UHGV virus genome: UHGV-1364246
Reading direction: 5' to 3' (one strand)
DNA from: a virus
Length of the DNA: 39,893 bases
The notes beneath the pieces were generated by a model. It ran no database searches and was not told the DNA's origin. It saw only the letters and a list, made by a program, of their open reading frames with translations. Every line of letters begins with the position of its first letter. Position 1 is the first letter of the stretch. Both the position numbers and the translations under genes were made by a program. Shown here in pieces: positions 26,412 to 36,513 of this stretch.

Positions 26412-26602
26412 GTTTTACCACCTCCTTTAATCGTTTTGTAGACTAGCACACCAATCTGGACAACGGTGTACGCGATAGCTGCAACGTAGAACCATTCGTT
26501 CAGTGTAAGTCCGAAGAAGAACCGACTGGCACCATCAGCCGCAGCGGTCCCGACGATAGGAGAGGCTTTAAGGACCTCATTCTTGAAGTCTAACTCAATC
26601 AT
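26408..26602 (-). CDS. Holin (gp17.5-like, class II)
   Basis: 64 aa; ...LKASPIVGTAAADGASRFFFGLTLNEWFYVAAIAYTVVQIG matches recalled T7 gp17.5. Confidence 0.85.
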   Translation of the reverse strand: MIELDFKNEVLKASPIVGTAAADGASRFFFGLTLNEWFYVAAIAYTVVQIGVLVYKTIKGGGKT

Positions 26603-26924
26603 AAAACCTCCAGTTTAAAGCGGGTCGTCCGTGACCCAAAGTTGTACCATACGTTGGTCAGCGTGTAGTTAGCCTCTACCTCCACAACCTTCGATCCTCT
26701 ACCCAGTTCAGGAATCCAATGGTGCCAGAGGTAGCAGTAATGGTCGTAACCACGTTAACGTCTTTAACAGTTCCGTCATCAGTAGTCAGAGTAAAGAGAT
26801 TGGAACCATCAGAGCCATTGATATTTGATGGTTTTAGCAACAACATCAGCAACCAAAACAACAAATCCCACAAGGAGGAAATGAGCCTCCTATGAAATTC
26901 GACGATTCAATACCCTTCTAATGA

Positions 26925-26950
26925 TAAAAATAACCCGCCAAAGCGGGGTT
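26925..26950. terminator. GC hairpin with flanking A/T runs immediately 3' of the tail fiber gene (possible bidirectional terminator)
   Basis: aaaaataaCCCGCcaaaGCGGGgtttattatttt; embedded in an AT-rich 355-bp gap between fiber and holin. Confidence 0.5.
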
Positions 26951-26957
26951 TATTATT

Positions 26958-29144
26958 TTAAAAAGTAGCACCCCTCCATGAGCAATCAACAATCCCACCG
27001 CGCACCATCTTCCACCGCATGTTGTACGATGCCGATGGTACAAGGCGGAGTCCTATTCCCAGATTCGGTGTCAGCTCGACCGCATTTATCCAAGCAGTTG
27101 ATGAGGTTGAAAATGTAAAAGATAGCTGCTCCGTATTTGTGTAAAAATCATCAACGCAAGTTGTTATTGATGCTGTAGTATTTGCAGTATCCGCGCCGTT
27201 AAAATAATACAGCTCAACAGCCACGTACCCGTGGTTCTTCATCCTTGTAGCAAACACGCCTCCGGTGTTTCTTGCCGCGATACCACCCTGTTTGAATGTG
27301 GTGTTACGCTCTCCCTGTGCGCTCCCGGCATTGATAGTCTGGAATGGTGTGACATCGGCGGAACTGTACTTGTCATTGTACAACTGCATAGCCCCACCCA
27401 TTCTATCCGTGTAAAATGCGTACACATCTATGTCATAAGGTTTTTGTCTAGGTACAGAATTGAATTCTTTCCCTAAAGCGTACAAATCAGTATCGGTGGT
27501 CAATGTGTTGTGTGTGTTTACGATGAGCTGTGTTTCCCACGAGAACGCCGCATACTCACCATCGCCCATGTTAAAAAACTTCTTAGCGAAAGCTATCTGT
27601 TTTGCTTTGTTTTTGAAGTTGTCAGAACCACCATTTGCATCAGTTGTAAACAATCCAACGCAAGGTACAATTCTTGATGTAGGGCATTTATACTTTAGCT
27701 CGGCCCACCCAATAACAGCCTGTCGTTTATTCCTGGCATCATCCCAGTCATCATGATAATACGCGTCTGCAAATATAATATCGTATCCAGTACCATCATA
27801 ACCGCCCGGGTGTGTATTTGAATCAAATCCAAAAATACCATGTTCAGCTATGCATAATGATTTTTCTGTGAATGATTTAAATGCCGCGATGCGGGTTTCT
27901 TGCGCCGCCCTGCTAACTGAATTATTTTGTGGTTCATCAAACAAATAATAGCCGATAACACAATCTCTACTGTCTAAGTCGGTAGCCGGAGTGTTTGTCT
28001 GTCCATATATTGGCCCACCAAGTATAAGTTTAAGCCCAACAGCTTCGGCGGCGTTACAGGCTTTTTCCATATTCCCACCGCTTGTCCACGCTTGTCCGTA
28101 GTGTATTAGCGTATTAAACCCGGCAGTTTTTAGTTGTAACATATCACATATATCAAACACGCGATGGACATATACAGCCTTCATGAGCGAATGATTTACA
28201 GGGGTTTCACTGTCAAGCTCACAAGGAACGTTTGGTAGCCTTGTGTATGTGATGGCGGCCTTTCCTGTCAATCTGGCTCCTTCAGGCCAATCAAAACTCG
28301 ATAATGTCGTGGCACCGGATATGTGTGCGTACCCGTGGTCCGATATAGCTGATAGAACCGCGTCTTTACCATCAACACCACTACCATAAACATACCCGTA
28401 ATTAGAGATGTCTGCGCGGTCTAAATTTAATCGTTGTTGAACAGTTAATCCGTTATTAGTCCCAACTAAATTGGAACCATTATTTGTTTTAAGTGCGCTT
28501 CTTAATGAAGCATCACCAACACTAACCCACGCACCTAATCCAATCCCACCGGAAGTTTCAGGAGTTGAACCAGCAGGAACGTTCTTTGGAAGCGTACCAC
28601 CCCAGCGGTAATAATCACCATCCTCTTCCCATAGCAGGACCTCGTTCCATGTTGTAACGTTGAAGCCTTTCTCGAAGGAGCGACGGGTAATATAGCCAAA
28701 TAGACCAGCTGCCTTGATACTCTCAGCAATTCGTCGTGCTTCGTCCTCGCTATCCTTAGCGTTGCCAGCAGAGCTACCAGCAGCATCGGCATATTCCTTC
28801 GCTAAGTCAACCGTTTGGTCTCGACCTTCTTCTGCAATATGGATAGCCTGAAGCTCTGCATTGGTCAGGTCACTAGCTGTCAACACTGAGCCATTCCTGA
28901 AGTCTACCACTAAGTCAGTTCCAGTCTGACGGTGAATACGAACGATGTCGAAACCTGATTGGTCAACCAACATCTCAATCATCGTTGGATTAATGAATCG
29001 GTAATCTCGACCAACTTCCAGTACACGGTTCAGGGTAGGGTTAGAGCTATTCACCAGCGTAACAACAACAAACGTTCTGGCTAGGTAGTCGAACTCAATC
29101 CTGTACTGAGTGTTTCCTGAAGGGAATTGTGTAATCGTGGACAT
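26958..29144 (-). CDS. Tail fiber / tailspike: gp17-like N-terminal adaptor fused to a glycoside-hydrolase-like (putative polysaccharide depolymerase) C-terminal region
   Basis: 728 aa; the N-terminus (up to about LVDFRNGSVLTASDL...AIHIAEEGRD) matches the T7 gp17 anchor; the remainder is unrelated to T7, with a TIM-barrel-like YLFDEPQ motif; coding DNA from about 27000 to 28500 is visibly AT-richer than the rest of the genome. Confidence 0.8.
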   Translation of the reverse strand: MSTITQFPSGNTQYRIEFDYLARTFVVVTLVNSSNPTLNRVLEVGRDYRFINPTMIEMLVDQSGFDIVRIHRQTGTDLVVDFRNGSVLTASDLTNAELQAIHIAEEGRDQTVDLAKEYADAAGSSAGNAKDSEDEARRIAESIKAAGLFGYITRRSFEKGFNVTTWNEVLLWEEDGDYYRWGGTLPKNVPAGSTPETSGGIGLGAWVSVGDASLRSALKTNNGSNLVGTNNGLTVQQRLNLDRADISNYGYVYGSGVDGKDAVLSAISDHGYAHISGATTLSSFDWPEGARLTGKAAITYTRLPNVPCELDSETPVNHSLMKAVYVHRVFDICDMLQLKTAGFNTLIHYGQAWTSGGNMEKACNAAEAVGLKLILGGPIYGQTNTPATDLDSRDCVIGYYLFDEPQNNSVSRAAQETRIAAFKSFTEKSLCIAEHGIFGFDSNTHPGGYDGTGYDIIFADAYYHDDWDDARNKRQAVIGWAELKYKCPTSRIVPCVGLFTTDANGGSDNFKNKAKQIAFAKKFFNMGDGEYAAFSWETQLIVNTHNTLTTDTDLYALGKEFNSVPRQKPYDIDVYAFYTDRMGGAMQLYNDKYSSADVTPFQTINAGSAQGERNTTFKQGGIAARNTGGVFATRMKNHGYVAVELYYFNGADTANTTASITTCVDDFYTNTEQLSFTFSTSSTAWINAVELTPNLGIGLRLVPSASYNMRWKMVRGGIVDCSWRGATF

Positions 29145-29190
29145 TATGCCTCCTTTGTGATTTAAATGGAGACCTATGGTAGCGCCTCCC

Positions 29191-29213
29191 GTTTCCTATA
29201 GTGATAGTTTAGT
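29191..29213 (-). promoter_or_regulatory. Phage RNAP promoter (phi17-like), overlapping the gp16 stop codon
   Basis: Minus-sense CTAAACTATCACTATAGGAAAC. Confidence 0.75.
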
Positions 29214-32200
29214 CCTTGATGTGGATACCTTGCTCCTCAAACGTTCCAAGCAACAGCTTCTGGGTAATTGGGTCGTTCGGAACCAGTTCACGGAACGTAT
29301 TATACATCCCGGTCATGTAGTCACGCTCGTTGACACGAGTATCAGCCTTGAGGTAGCCAGCCAAGTTGTAAGCCGAAGCGCCAACGTTAGCAGCATATCC
29401 GAAAGCTGGAACCTGCTCCAAGAAGTTACCAACAACATTCATCACAGGGCCACTTGTAGCTGCACCATACGCGATGGCACGTTCAGGCTTCTCTGTAGGT
29501 GAACGAGGTAGGATAGACGAACGGAGCATCTTAGTGTCCTCATACCCAGCGATCCCACCCAGAATGTTGGCGACACCAAGTGGTCCACCAAGATGTGAAC
29601 TACGTGATAGAGCTGCATATCCAATCATCGTCGGGTCCAGAGCTTGCTTGAGGTAGTCACGGTCTCGACCCTCCTGCATAGCGTAAGCCTTGACATGCGC
29701 CTGAGCCATGTAGTAGATACCAGCAAGGCCCATAGAGATCACAGTGGACAGAGCAGCGTCCATCGCTCGGTTGTTCTTCGTGGCGTTATAGAAGGTTCGC
29801 ATGGTACGTCCATTGATGGACTTGATGACGAAGTTCTTAAACTGAAGGACAGTCTTAGCGAGAGGACCATAAGCCTTGGCGTCCATGTTTGATAGCTTAT
29901 GAGGTCGGAGTAACGTTTCGTCAGCGATAGTGTCACCCATACGCCACAGGTCCATAGCCCTTGGGTCCTGACTGAACGCCTTCTTATCCTTGATGGTGTA
30001 CTTCCCGTCTGGACCACGCGTCACTGACTCACGGATTAGGGACTTAATGCCCTTCCACTGCTCGTCAGAGATACCAGCGGTCTTCAGCCATCGGTCATCG
30101 AACTTACGCTTACTGCCCGTCAGGCTATGCTCCACTATGTCAGACAGGAAGCCTTGACGTCCAGCATCTAACAGGTAGTTGGTCGTACCGTTGAGGACTT
30201 TAGTGAACGGAGAGCGTACTGCAAGTTCACCAGTGTAATACTTGGCAGTCCCCAGAGCTGTAGCTGTACCACGACCAAGGTCGCTGTAAGACCGCAGACG
30301 GTCAATGACATCCTGTTTAGATGGGCGGATTGAGTCATCAAGTTCCTTACCAAAGATAACATTGTGCAGGTCCTTAATCTCTGAGGCCCCTACCTTCTTG
30401 TTACGGAAGGCTAGGTCACGGAAAATCGGGACTCCATGCAGCAGCGCACGAACGTTACCACGAGCCAGCATACCACCAATCTCCGTTAAGTTCTGAACAC
30501 CCATGTAGGCATTCTTAGCGAAGAACGATAGGTCTGTCATTGTGCGCATAACGGTAGCGAAAGCAGCATCGTCAGCACCATCACGTCGAGCACGACCAGT
30601 CAGAATCTTCAAGGTGTCACGTAAGGTCGAGACCTCACCTTTCAACTTACCGTCATCACCAGCCTTGTTCATCATGGTCTCAACCAAGTCCTTCATGTCC
30701 TTCGTGGTTCTGCCTGTACCAGCCATGATAGCAATATCGCCATTAACTCTACGGTTGTAGGCCGGGATAATCTTGTCCATGTCCCACTCACGCAGGTTAT
30801 TGACACTGAAGGTTTGACCGTTAGGCAGGACGATTGACATATCGCTATCGAACAGGTTACGAGCCTCAAGGAAGCTGTTGTTCTCCAGACCAACCAGACC
30901 GTTGATGTTCTCTTCCATTACGGATGAACGTTCGAACTGCTCGGTGTGAGAGATACCGTAAGCCTTATCGTTGGCGTACTTATCGACCGCAGCAGCAAGT
31001 CCCTCTGGAGTCAACGTAGGGTCAGCCTCTAAGAGTGCCTCGTCCACGCGTTTCTTGACTTCAGGTCGAGACGCATAGCTGGTCAACCATGACTTTTTGA
31101 TGGCCTCCTGCAACGCCTCTGGACTACCAAGCTCCTTGATGTACAAATCCTTCATCTGTTTGCTATACACATGAGGGACGTAGGTTCCCTTGAAGCGGCT
31201 ACCCGGAAAGATAGACTGAGCGTCTGGGCGACCAAACATAGCCGGGTTCTCCATCATCTCACGCTTGGCGTCGAACTGGTTCTTCAGCAGGTCATAGACT
31301 TTCAGTTCTCCCGGAGTTAGTTCAGCCTTCAGGTTTCCGCTACCATCTTCGATAGCCATAGACACACGCTGGTAGATGTCCTGACGGAATGCGCCAGAGT
31401 CTCGCCAGAATGCTGTCTGGAAGTACGGGTCCTTTAGTGCCTCAGTAACCGCATCGTCGATGTCGTTGTAGAACCGATGGTCCACAGCACGAAGTCTCTC
31501 GAACACGTCTGACGCAGTTGTCCCGATTTTACCTGAGGCCCCAGACTGCATACCAGTCGGTGAACGTACTAAGTCAGCAGCTACTCCACGAATCTCAGGG
31601 TTCTCAGATCGAAGCAGCTTCAGGCCAATCTCGGTAAGTCCACCAAGGTTCACACCAGCAGCGGCACGTTCCGGCTCAATCACTTCGTCAAAGACTTGAC
31701 GTGTCTTAGGGTTCAGAGGGTTCTCACCAATCAGGATTGAACCATCTTCCAGTCGTACACTACCCGGCTCGTTCGGAACGTCTGCGAACTTAACACCTTG
31801 ATGACTAAAGGTCTGCTCACCTTCCTGAATAGGGAGACGAGACAGGTCCTGACCATCAACGTTACGAGCGGTCTCACGAGCTTCCAGACGTGTAGCTGGC
31901 CCAGCAAACTCATTAGTGTTGCGACCTAAGGCTCTGCCTAGGCCATCAGCTATAGCAGTCATACCGCCACCGAAGAGAGCACCACCAAGGATAGCTTCAG
32001 CCACATGAGCATCACCACCAGCCACTGAGGTACGGGCCATCTCAGACACACCAGCTAGTGCTCCAGATTGAGCCGCCACTGTGAACATCTTGTTGACCAG
32101 TTTACCTCCTTTACCCACCTGTCCAGCGATAGGAACGTAGGTCAGAGGGTCCACACCAGCGCCAATCACACCAGCGGCTAACTGAGCACCAGTCCCAGCC

Positions 32201-33096
32201 TTGGCCTTCTCTTGGTCCAACTTCTGGTTCTCAAGCGCCAAGTTAATAAGCTCGGTCAGGTTCTGAGGAGAGCCTCCAGTAATGACTCCGTAATACTGAG
32301 GCAGAACCCCAGCGTTACGAATCTGGTCAAGCTCCTCACGGGTCCATTTATGGTTGTTCCATCTTGTCGGGTTGAACACATCTCCAATGACATCAAGTGA
32401 GTCCTCGGTCTGACCAGCGCGGATAGCCACGCCGACCATAGAGTTCTTCACTTCAGCTTCTGTAGCCGCACCGAACCCGAACCACGTAGAGCGTCCCTCT
32501 CGTTCCTGCATGGTCTCGCCAGTAGCCTTATAGAACATCTCACCAAACGATTCGTTGGGAGCTTCAGGTGCTTGACCCTCAATGTTCAGACCAGCAGCGG
32601 TCGGAAGGTTCTCACCCAGAGCTACTTTAGGTTTAGACTTGAGTCCTTCCGTGAGTGCGTCAAATACGTTAGCGCTTACTGGTGGCGTCTTTGGGCTGAT
32701 ACCGTTGAGTGCTCTTGCGACTCCCTGCTGATAGACTTCAGGGTCGTACCGGGAGCCTGTCTCATGGAAGCTGATAGCTTGCGCCAGAGAAGACAGGGTG
32801 TCCGGATTCGAGAGGTCGAGACTCTGGGTAGCTGGGATACCAGTCGCAGCCACCACTGAGTCAATATAAGCCTGAGTGTCGTTCTCATTAGGAGGTGCCC
32901 ATCGGTTGATAATCTTCTCGATGGAGTCATAACCTTGGCGACCGTAGGACAGCAGGTTTTTACCTAAAGCTCGGACGCCAGACTCTGGACTATCGAATGT
33001 GACAAATGCGCCATCATCTCCAGTCATTCCTTCCCATTGGTCCTTACTTACCCGGATGTTCCCAGGATTGTTATTGCGAATACCACGAGTCGCCAT
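29209..33096 (-). CDS. Internal virion core protein gp16-like, with a non-T7 N-terminal domain
   Basis: 1295 aa; from about residue 200 onward collinear with recalled T7 gp16; the first ~190 aa (MATRGIRNNNPGNIRVSKDQWEGM...) do not resemble the T7 lytic transglycosylase domain. Confidence 0.9.
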   Translation of the reverse strand: MATRGIRNNNPGNIRVSKDQWEGMTGDDGAFVTFDSPESGVRALGKNLLSYGRQGYDSIEKIINRWAPPNENDTQAYIDSVVAATGIPATQSLDLSNPDTLSSLAQAISFHETGSRYDPEVYQQGVARALNGISPKTPPVSANVFDALTEGLKSKPKVALGENLPTAAGLNIEGQAPEAPNESFGEMFYKATGETMQEREGRSTWFGFGAATEAEVKNSMVGVAIRAGQTEDSLDVIGDVFNPTRWNNHKWTREELDQIRNAGVLPQYYGVITGGSPQNLTELINLALENQKLDQEKAKAGTGAQLAAGVIGAGVDPLTYVPIAGQVGKGGKLVNKMFTVAAQSGALAGVSEMARTSVAGGDAHVAEAILGGALFGGGMTAIADGLGRALGRNTNEFAGPATRLEARETARNVDGQDLSRLPIQEGEQTFSHQGVKFADVPNEPGSVRLEDGSILIGENPLNPKTRQVFDEVIEPERAAAGVNLGGLTEIGLKLLRSENPEIRGVAADLVRSPTGMQSGASGKIGTTASDVFERLRAVDHRFYNDIDDAVTEALKDPYFQTAFWRDSGAFRQDIYQRVSMAIEDGSGNLKAELTPGELKVYDLLKNQFDAKREMMENPAMFGRPDAQSIFPGSRFKGTYVPHVYSKQMKDLYIKELGSPEALQEAIKKSWLTSYASRPEVKKRVDEALLEADPTLTPEGLAAAVDKYANDKAYGISHTEQFERSSVMEENINGLVGLENNSFLEARNLFDSDMSIVLPNGQTFSVNNLREWDMDKIIPAYNRRVNGDIAIMAGTGRTTKDMKDLVETMMNKAGDDGKLKGEVSTLRDTLKILTGRARRDGADDAAFATVMRTMTDLSFFAKNAYMGVQNLTEIGGMLARGNVRALLHGVPIFRDLAFRNKKVGASEIKDLHNVIFGKELDDSIRPSKQDVIDRLRSYSDLGRGTATALGTAKYYTGELAVRSPFTKVLNGTTNYLLDAGRQGFLSDIVEHSLTGSKRKFDDRWLKTAGISDEQWKGIKSLIRESVTRGPDGKYTIKDKKAFSQDPRAMDLWRMGDTIADETLLRPHKLSNMDAKAYGPLAKTVLQFKNFVIKSINGRTMRTFYNATKNNRAMDAALSTVISMGLAGIYYMAQAHVKAYAMQEGRDRDYLKQALDPTMIGYAALSRSSHLGGPLGVANILGGIAGYEDTKMLRSSILPRSPTEKPERAIAYGAATSGPVMNVVGNFLEQVPAFGYAANVGASAYNLAGYLKADTRVNERDYMTGMYNTFRELVPNDPITQKLLLGTFEEQGIHIKD

Positions 33097-33100
33097 TATG

Positions 33101-35383
33101 TTACTCCTTACCGATTAGTACGTTTGCGATACCCTCCAGTGAGACGTCATTGTACATCCCACCGCGCTTCTCGATGTTGGCCTCTCGGTCAGCTCGACGT
33201 TTGTCACCAGCAGCTTTAGTCCCGACGATACGCGCTCGCTTGTTAGCGTCACGTTCTGCCTGAGCATATGCGGCATCTTGTGCCTTCTGCTGTTGTTCGC
33301 GATAGAGTTTACCTACAAGTTCTTTATCGTACCGAATACGAATAGTCCCCGTAGCGTCTTGGAGGAAGATAGAGCCGTTCTGTTCAACAACGGACAACTG
33401 AGAGTTAACTACCCAAGGGTTAGCCTTAATGAGCTGCTTACGAGCGGTGTCTATAATGTCTCGACCCACCTGCCACGACTCTGGGTTATCCCCGACCATA
33501 AGCTGGTGCTTAGATACCATGCCGATTGACTTACCGTCAGAACCTTCAGACTGGAACGTTACGGTGTTCTCGTTAAGCCAGCGTTGAGTCTGCTGAGTCG
33601 CAGCGTCAGCGTTACCTGTACGATAGTACCATGAGTCCCAGACCTTACGAGCACTTGCATCCAGAGACGTTGGGAGGCGAGACAACTGGGCGTTCTTGGA
33701 GTCGTTCTTCAACTCCTGCCACGCCTTGTCTGACTCCATGCGCATCTCACGGCTTTGACTTGCAGCTTGCTTATCAGCTTCAATCATCGTCTGAGGGTCC
33801 AGACCCATCTTGTCCATCTGGTCGAACGTAGAGAACAACTGAGCTTGGTCAGGATACAGAGCAGCAAAACTTGAAGGGTCCTGAGTATAGGCACGACGAA
33901 GAGATTCGAAGCGTTTCATCTTGTCTGGGTCGTACTGTCCACGGATGACCGCAGCTTGCCACTCACCAGCAGCGTCCTGAGTCAGCGTCTGGAAGGCATT
34001 ACGGAACGGACCGTTGTTAGTGTCAGCTCTTAACAATGCCACCTTCTGAGCGTCCTTAGCGGCTTCAGGGATGTCCATCTGGTCAATCTGCTGTAACTTG
34101 GCAGACGCATAGTTGTTCATATCTGAACGCTTGAACTCACCTGTAGCGTCAGAGACCGGAAGGTCCTCATAGTTGGTGGACACATTGTCCCCAGCCAGAC
34201 GTCGCTGATACACTTGGTCGATGACCAGTTGCTTGTTCTGAGTCTGGATTAACTTAGTGTTCTCCTTCGCCTGTTCAGCGGACTTACGCTTGACCGCTTC
34301 CAGTAAGCTCGCTTCGGCATTAATAAGCATCTGACGCTGAGGCGTGAGTTCTTCACCCGGCTGAAGCAGGTTGTTCTGCTCCTTGAGTTTCTGAATCTGG
34401 GCAAGACCGATGGTTGGGTCGTCCTGAAGAATAGCAGACTGAACGCCTAACGCTAAGTCCTCCTGATACTTAGCCACCAGCTTGTACTCAGTACCTTGAG
34501 CCTCAACCACAGCAGCATTGAAGACGTCAGGGCCTACAATCTCTTCGATGGTAGCATCAATACCGTTAAGGGTGATACGCTCGCCCCGGACTTGCTGTAG
34601 GAAGTTTGAGCCTCCTGACTTCTGGATTGCGTCACGGACAGTCTGGGTGATGACCTCTCGTGCTCGCTGGTCCGAAGGGATAGCAGCAGTCGTCAGCCCA
34701 TCCCGAAGGTAGGCCATGAATGTCTTTCCAGACTCAGGCGAACGCATCAGGTCCCCATCGTTAAGGAACGAGTTCATCTCAATACGAGTGTTCAACATTG
34801 CTGTCTCTTCAGACTGCTTGCTGAAATACTTATTGAAAGACCCATAGATAGCGATGTTGCGGTCTGTGATGTTATCGTTGAACCCGCGCTGAAAGAACTC
34901 GTCGGTAGGGTTAATACCCGCCTCTTCAGCATAGGACTTAGCGGCGTCCTGAAGTCGCTGGTGGCGATACTCTTCCATGTCCTGACGTGTGCGGAACTCA
35001 CCGTTCTGAATCTTAACGTTAATCTCATCATCCACCGCAAAGGCAGCGTTGCGACCTGTCTTGACGCGAAGTGCTTCCATAGCGTAAGGGTCGTCCTGAT
35101 ACAGCAGTGTGCCGTTCTGGATAGCCTCACGTCTTTGCTGAGGTGTCAGCTTACGGATAATCTCGTTAGACCGCTCGTCGGCCCGTGTCTTCTCCTCGTC
35201 TTTGAACTGCTTGTATAATCCAGTACCAGACTCAACGAAGTTGGTTAACGCCCGAGCCAGACCTGAGTCACCAGTTGGAGCCTGAACGCTGGCTGCTTGA
35301 TAGTTGACGGCGATAGTTTTACCCGGCGCTCTGCCACGACCCATAGTCCGATTAGCCAGAGCTGATTCAATATTACTAGCCAT
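33101..35383 (-). CDS. Internal virion core protein gp15-like
   Basis: 760 aa; syntenic, size close to T7 gp15. Confidence 0.8.
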   Translation of the reverse strand: MASNIESALANRTMGRGRAPGKTIAVNYQAASVQAPTGDSGLARALTNFVESGTGLYKQFKDEEKTRADERSNEIIRKLTPQQRREAIQNGTLLYQDDPYAMEALRVKTGRNAAFAVDDEINVKIQNGEFRTRQDMEEYRHQRLQDAAKSYAEEAGINPTDEFFQRGFNDNITDRNIAIYGSFNKYFSKQSEETAMLNTRIEMNSFLNDGDLMRSPESGKTFMAYLRDGLTTAAIPSDQRAREVITQTVRDAIQKSGGSNFLQQVRGERITLNGIDATIEEIVGPDVFNAAVVEAQGTEYKLVAKYQEDLALGVQSAILQDDPTIGLAQIQKLKEQNNLLQPGEELTPQRQMLINAEASLLEAVKRKSAEQAKENTKLIQTQNKQLVIDQVYQRRLAGDNVSTNYEDLPVSDATGEFKRSDMNNYASAKLQQIDQMDIPEAAKDAQKVALLRADTNNGPFRNAFQTLTQDAAGEWQAAVIRGQYDPDKMKRFESLRRAYTQDPSSFAALYPDQAQLFSTFDQMDKMGLDPQTMIEADKQAASQSREMRMESDKAWQELKNDSKNAQLSRLPTSLDASARKVWDSWYYRTGNADAATQQTQRWLNENTVTFQSEGSDGKSIGMVSKHQLMVGDNPESWQVGRDIIDTARKQLIKANPWVVNSQLSVVEQNGSIFLQDATGTIRIRYDKELVGKLYREQQQKAQDAAYAQAERDANKRARIVGTKAAGDKRRADREANIEKRGGMYNDVSLEGIANVLIGKE

Positions 35384-35394
35384 TAGTCCTCCTC

Positions 35395-35982
35395 TTAGCT
35401 ATGACCTGTAGGTGTGCCTTTGGCAGCACCAATCGGCGCAGCACCACCAGAGTTTGAAGGTCCGGCGATAGATTTACCAGCAGCGTACCCTTGCATCCCG
35501 GCGTTAGCAACATTAAGCGCATGAGCTAGTGGGCTGGTCTTGATGATTTTACCTTGACCACGGATAGCAGACTTGGTGTTCTCAATGTTGGCGATACGGT
35601 TCCCGAAGATAGCCGCATAGTCACGGTTGTAGCTTTCGGTAATCCCGGCTCTCTCCTTGACTGTGTCTCCCTCGACCTGACGTTCAATCCTGTCCATAGA
35701 GTTACCTTCCAGACCGGACTCAGCTACCGCAGCTCGGACCATGCCCTGATTGCGGATACCATTTAACGTGGTCTCTGTCAGTTCAGCCATCTGCTGCTCC
35801 TTCAGGTCTCGCTCCTGCATCTTCAGGTTGGCGTCAGAGTAGTTCATCTGCTTAACCATCTCCTGAGCCTGACGGTTCTGAGCGTCGATAGCAGCACCCT
35901 CAGCTTTGGCCTGACTAGAAGCGGACATAGCGGCACCAGCTACAGCCATAATACCCATGCCGATACTTACTGGCTCGCACAT
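35395..35982 (-). CDS. Internal virion protein gp14-like
   Basis: 195 aa; begins MC...; MDRIERQVEGD...NRDYAAIFG resembles recalled T7 gp14. Confidence 0.8.
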   Translation of the reverse strand: MCEPVSIGMGIMAVAGAAMSASSQAKAEGAAIDAQNRQAQEMVKQMNYSDANLKMQERDLKEQQMAELTETTLNGIRNQGMVRAAVAESGLEGNSMDRIERQVEGDTVKERAGITESYNRDYAAIFGNRIANIENTKSAIRGQGKIIKTSPLAHALNVANAGMQGYAAGKSIAGPSNSGGAAPIGAAKGTPTGHS

Positions 35983-36437
35983 ACGTCCTCCTTAGAGATA
36001 GTGAATAGTTGAAAACGCTCACCAGTTACCGGGCTTACAGTCCAATCATCATGGAATTTAGCGCCAAGCAACTTCAAGAATTTAATGTGAGACTTATTGC
36101 CTGACCACACGTAGTTCCAGATGGTCCCGTATTGGTCTAACATTAAGTCCCTGTACTCAGAGATACGCTTTATGAACTCTCGCTTCTCTTTAGGTCTCAG
36201 CTTATAGACCAGACCGGAAGTCAAGAACCATACGTTATCCCCTTGGTTTCCACCATAGGCAAACACTTCGCCTACACCGTTCGTTAAAACCACAGATGAC
36301 GGAGATAGGTGCTTAAGCAGTCTTTCAGAGAGACCCACGGTTGACCCATAGTTTGCTTTGCACTCATTAACATCATCTGCTGAAAGATGCCACAGAAAGT
36401 AGTGGACATCTGGTTCCGTAGCCTTGCGAATATACAT
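35967..36437 (-). CDS. Internal virion protein gp13-like
   Basis: 156 aa; syntenic, directly downstream of a late promoter; overlaps the gp14 start. Confidence 0.6.
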   Translation of the reverse strand: MYIRKATEPDVHYFLWHLSADDVNECKANYGSTVGLSERLLKHLSPSSVVLTNGVGEVFAYGGNQGDNVWFLTSGLVYKLRPKEKREFIKRISEYRDLMLDQYGTIWNYVWSGNKSHIKFLKLLGAKFHDDWTVSPVTGERFQLFTISKEDVCASQ

Positions 36438-36466
36438 AAAGTCTCCTTATAACCTTAAGGGCCTAT

Positions 36467-36489
36467 AGTCCCTATAGTGATAGTTAAGG
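36467..36489 (-). promoter_or_regulatory. Phage RNAP promoter (phi13-like, GGGACT start)
   Basis: Minus-sense CTTAACTATCACTATAGGGACTATAGG; a partial duplicate of the core (CTATAGG) follows. Confidence 0.75.
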
Positions 36490-36513
36490 TAAATCTACAG
36501 GCCCTTCAATAAG

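Noticed and set aside
26676-26873. 65-aa minus-strand ORF between tail fiber and holin, TTG start
   Set aside because: Non-ATG start with no SD; considered as a remnant of an ancestral fiber C-terminus, but the upstream frame closes after 11 codons and the sequence is not fiber-like. Retained only as a possibility.
36461-36480. Tandem duplication of the promoter core (gcctatagtccctatagtgatag) as a second promoter
   Set aside because: The upstream copy lacks the TAAACTATCAC recognition half and is more likely a duplicated initiation-region fragment than an independent promoter.
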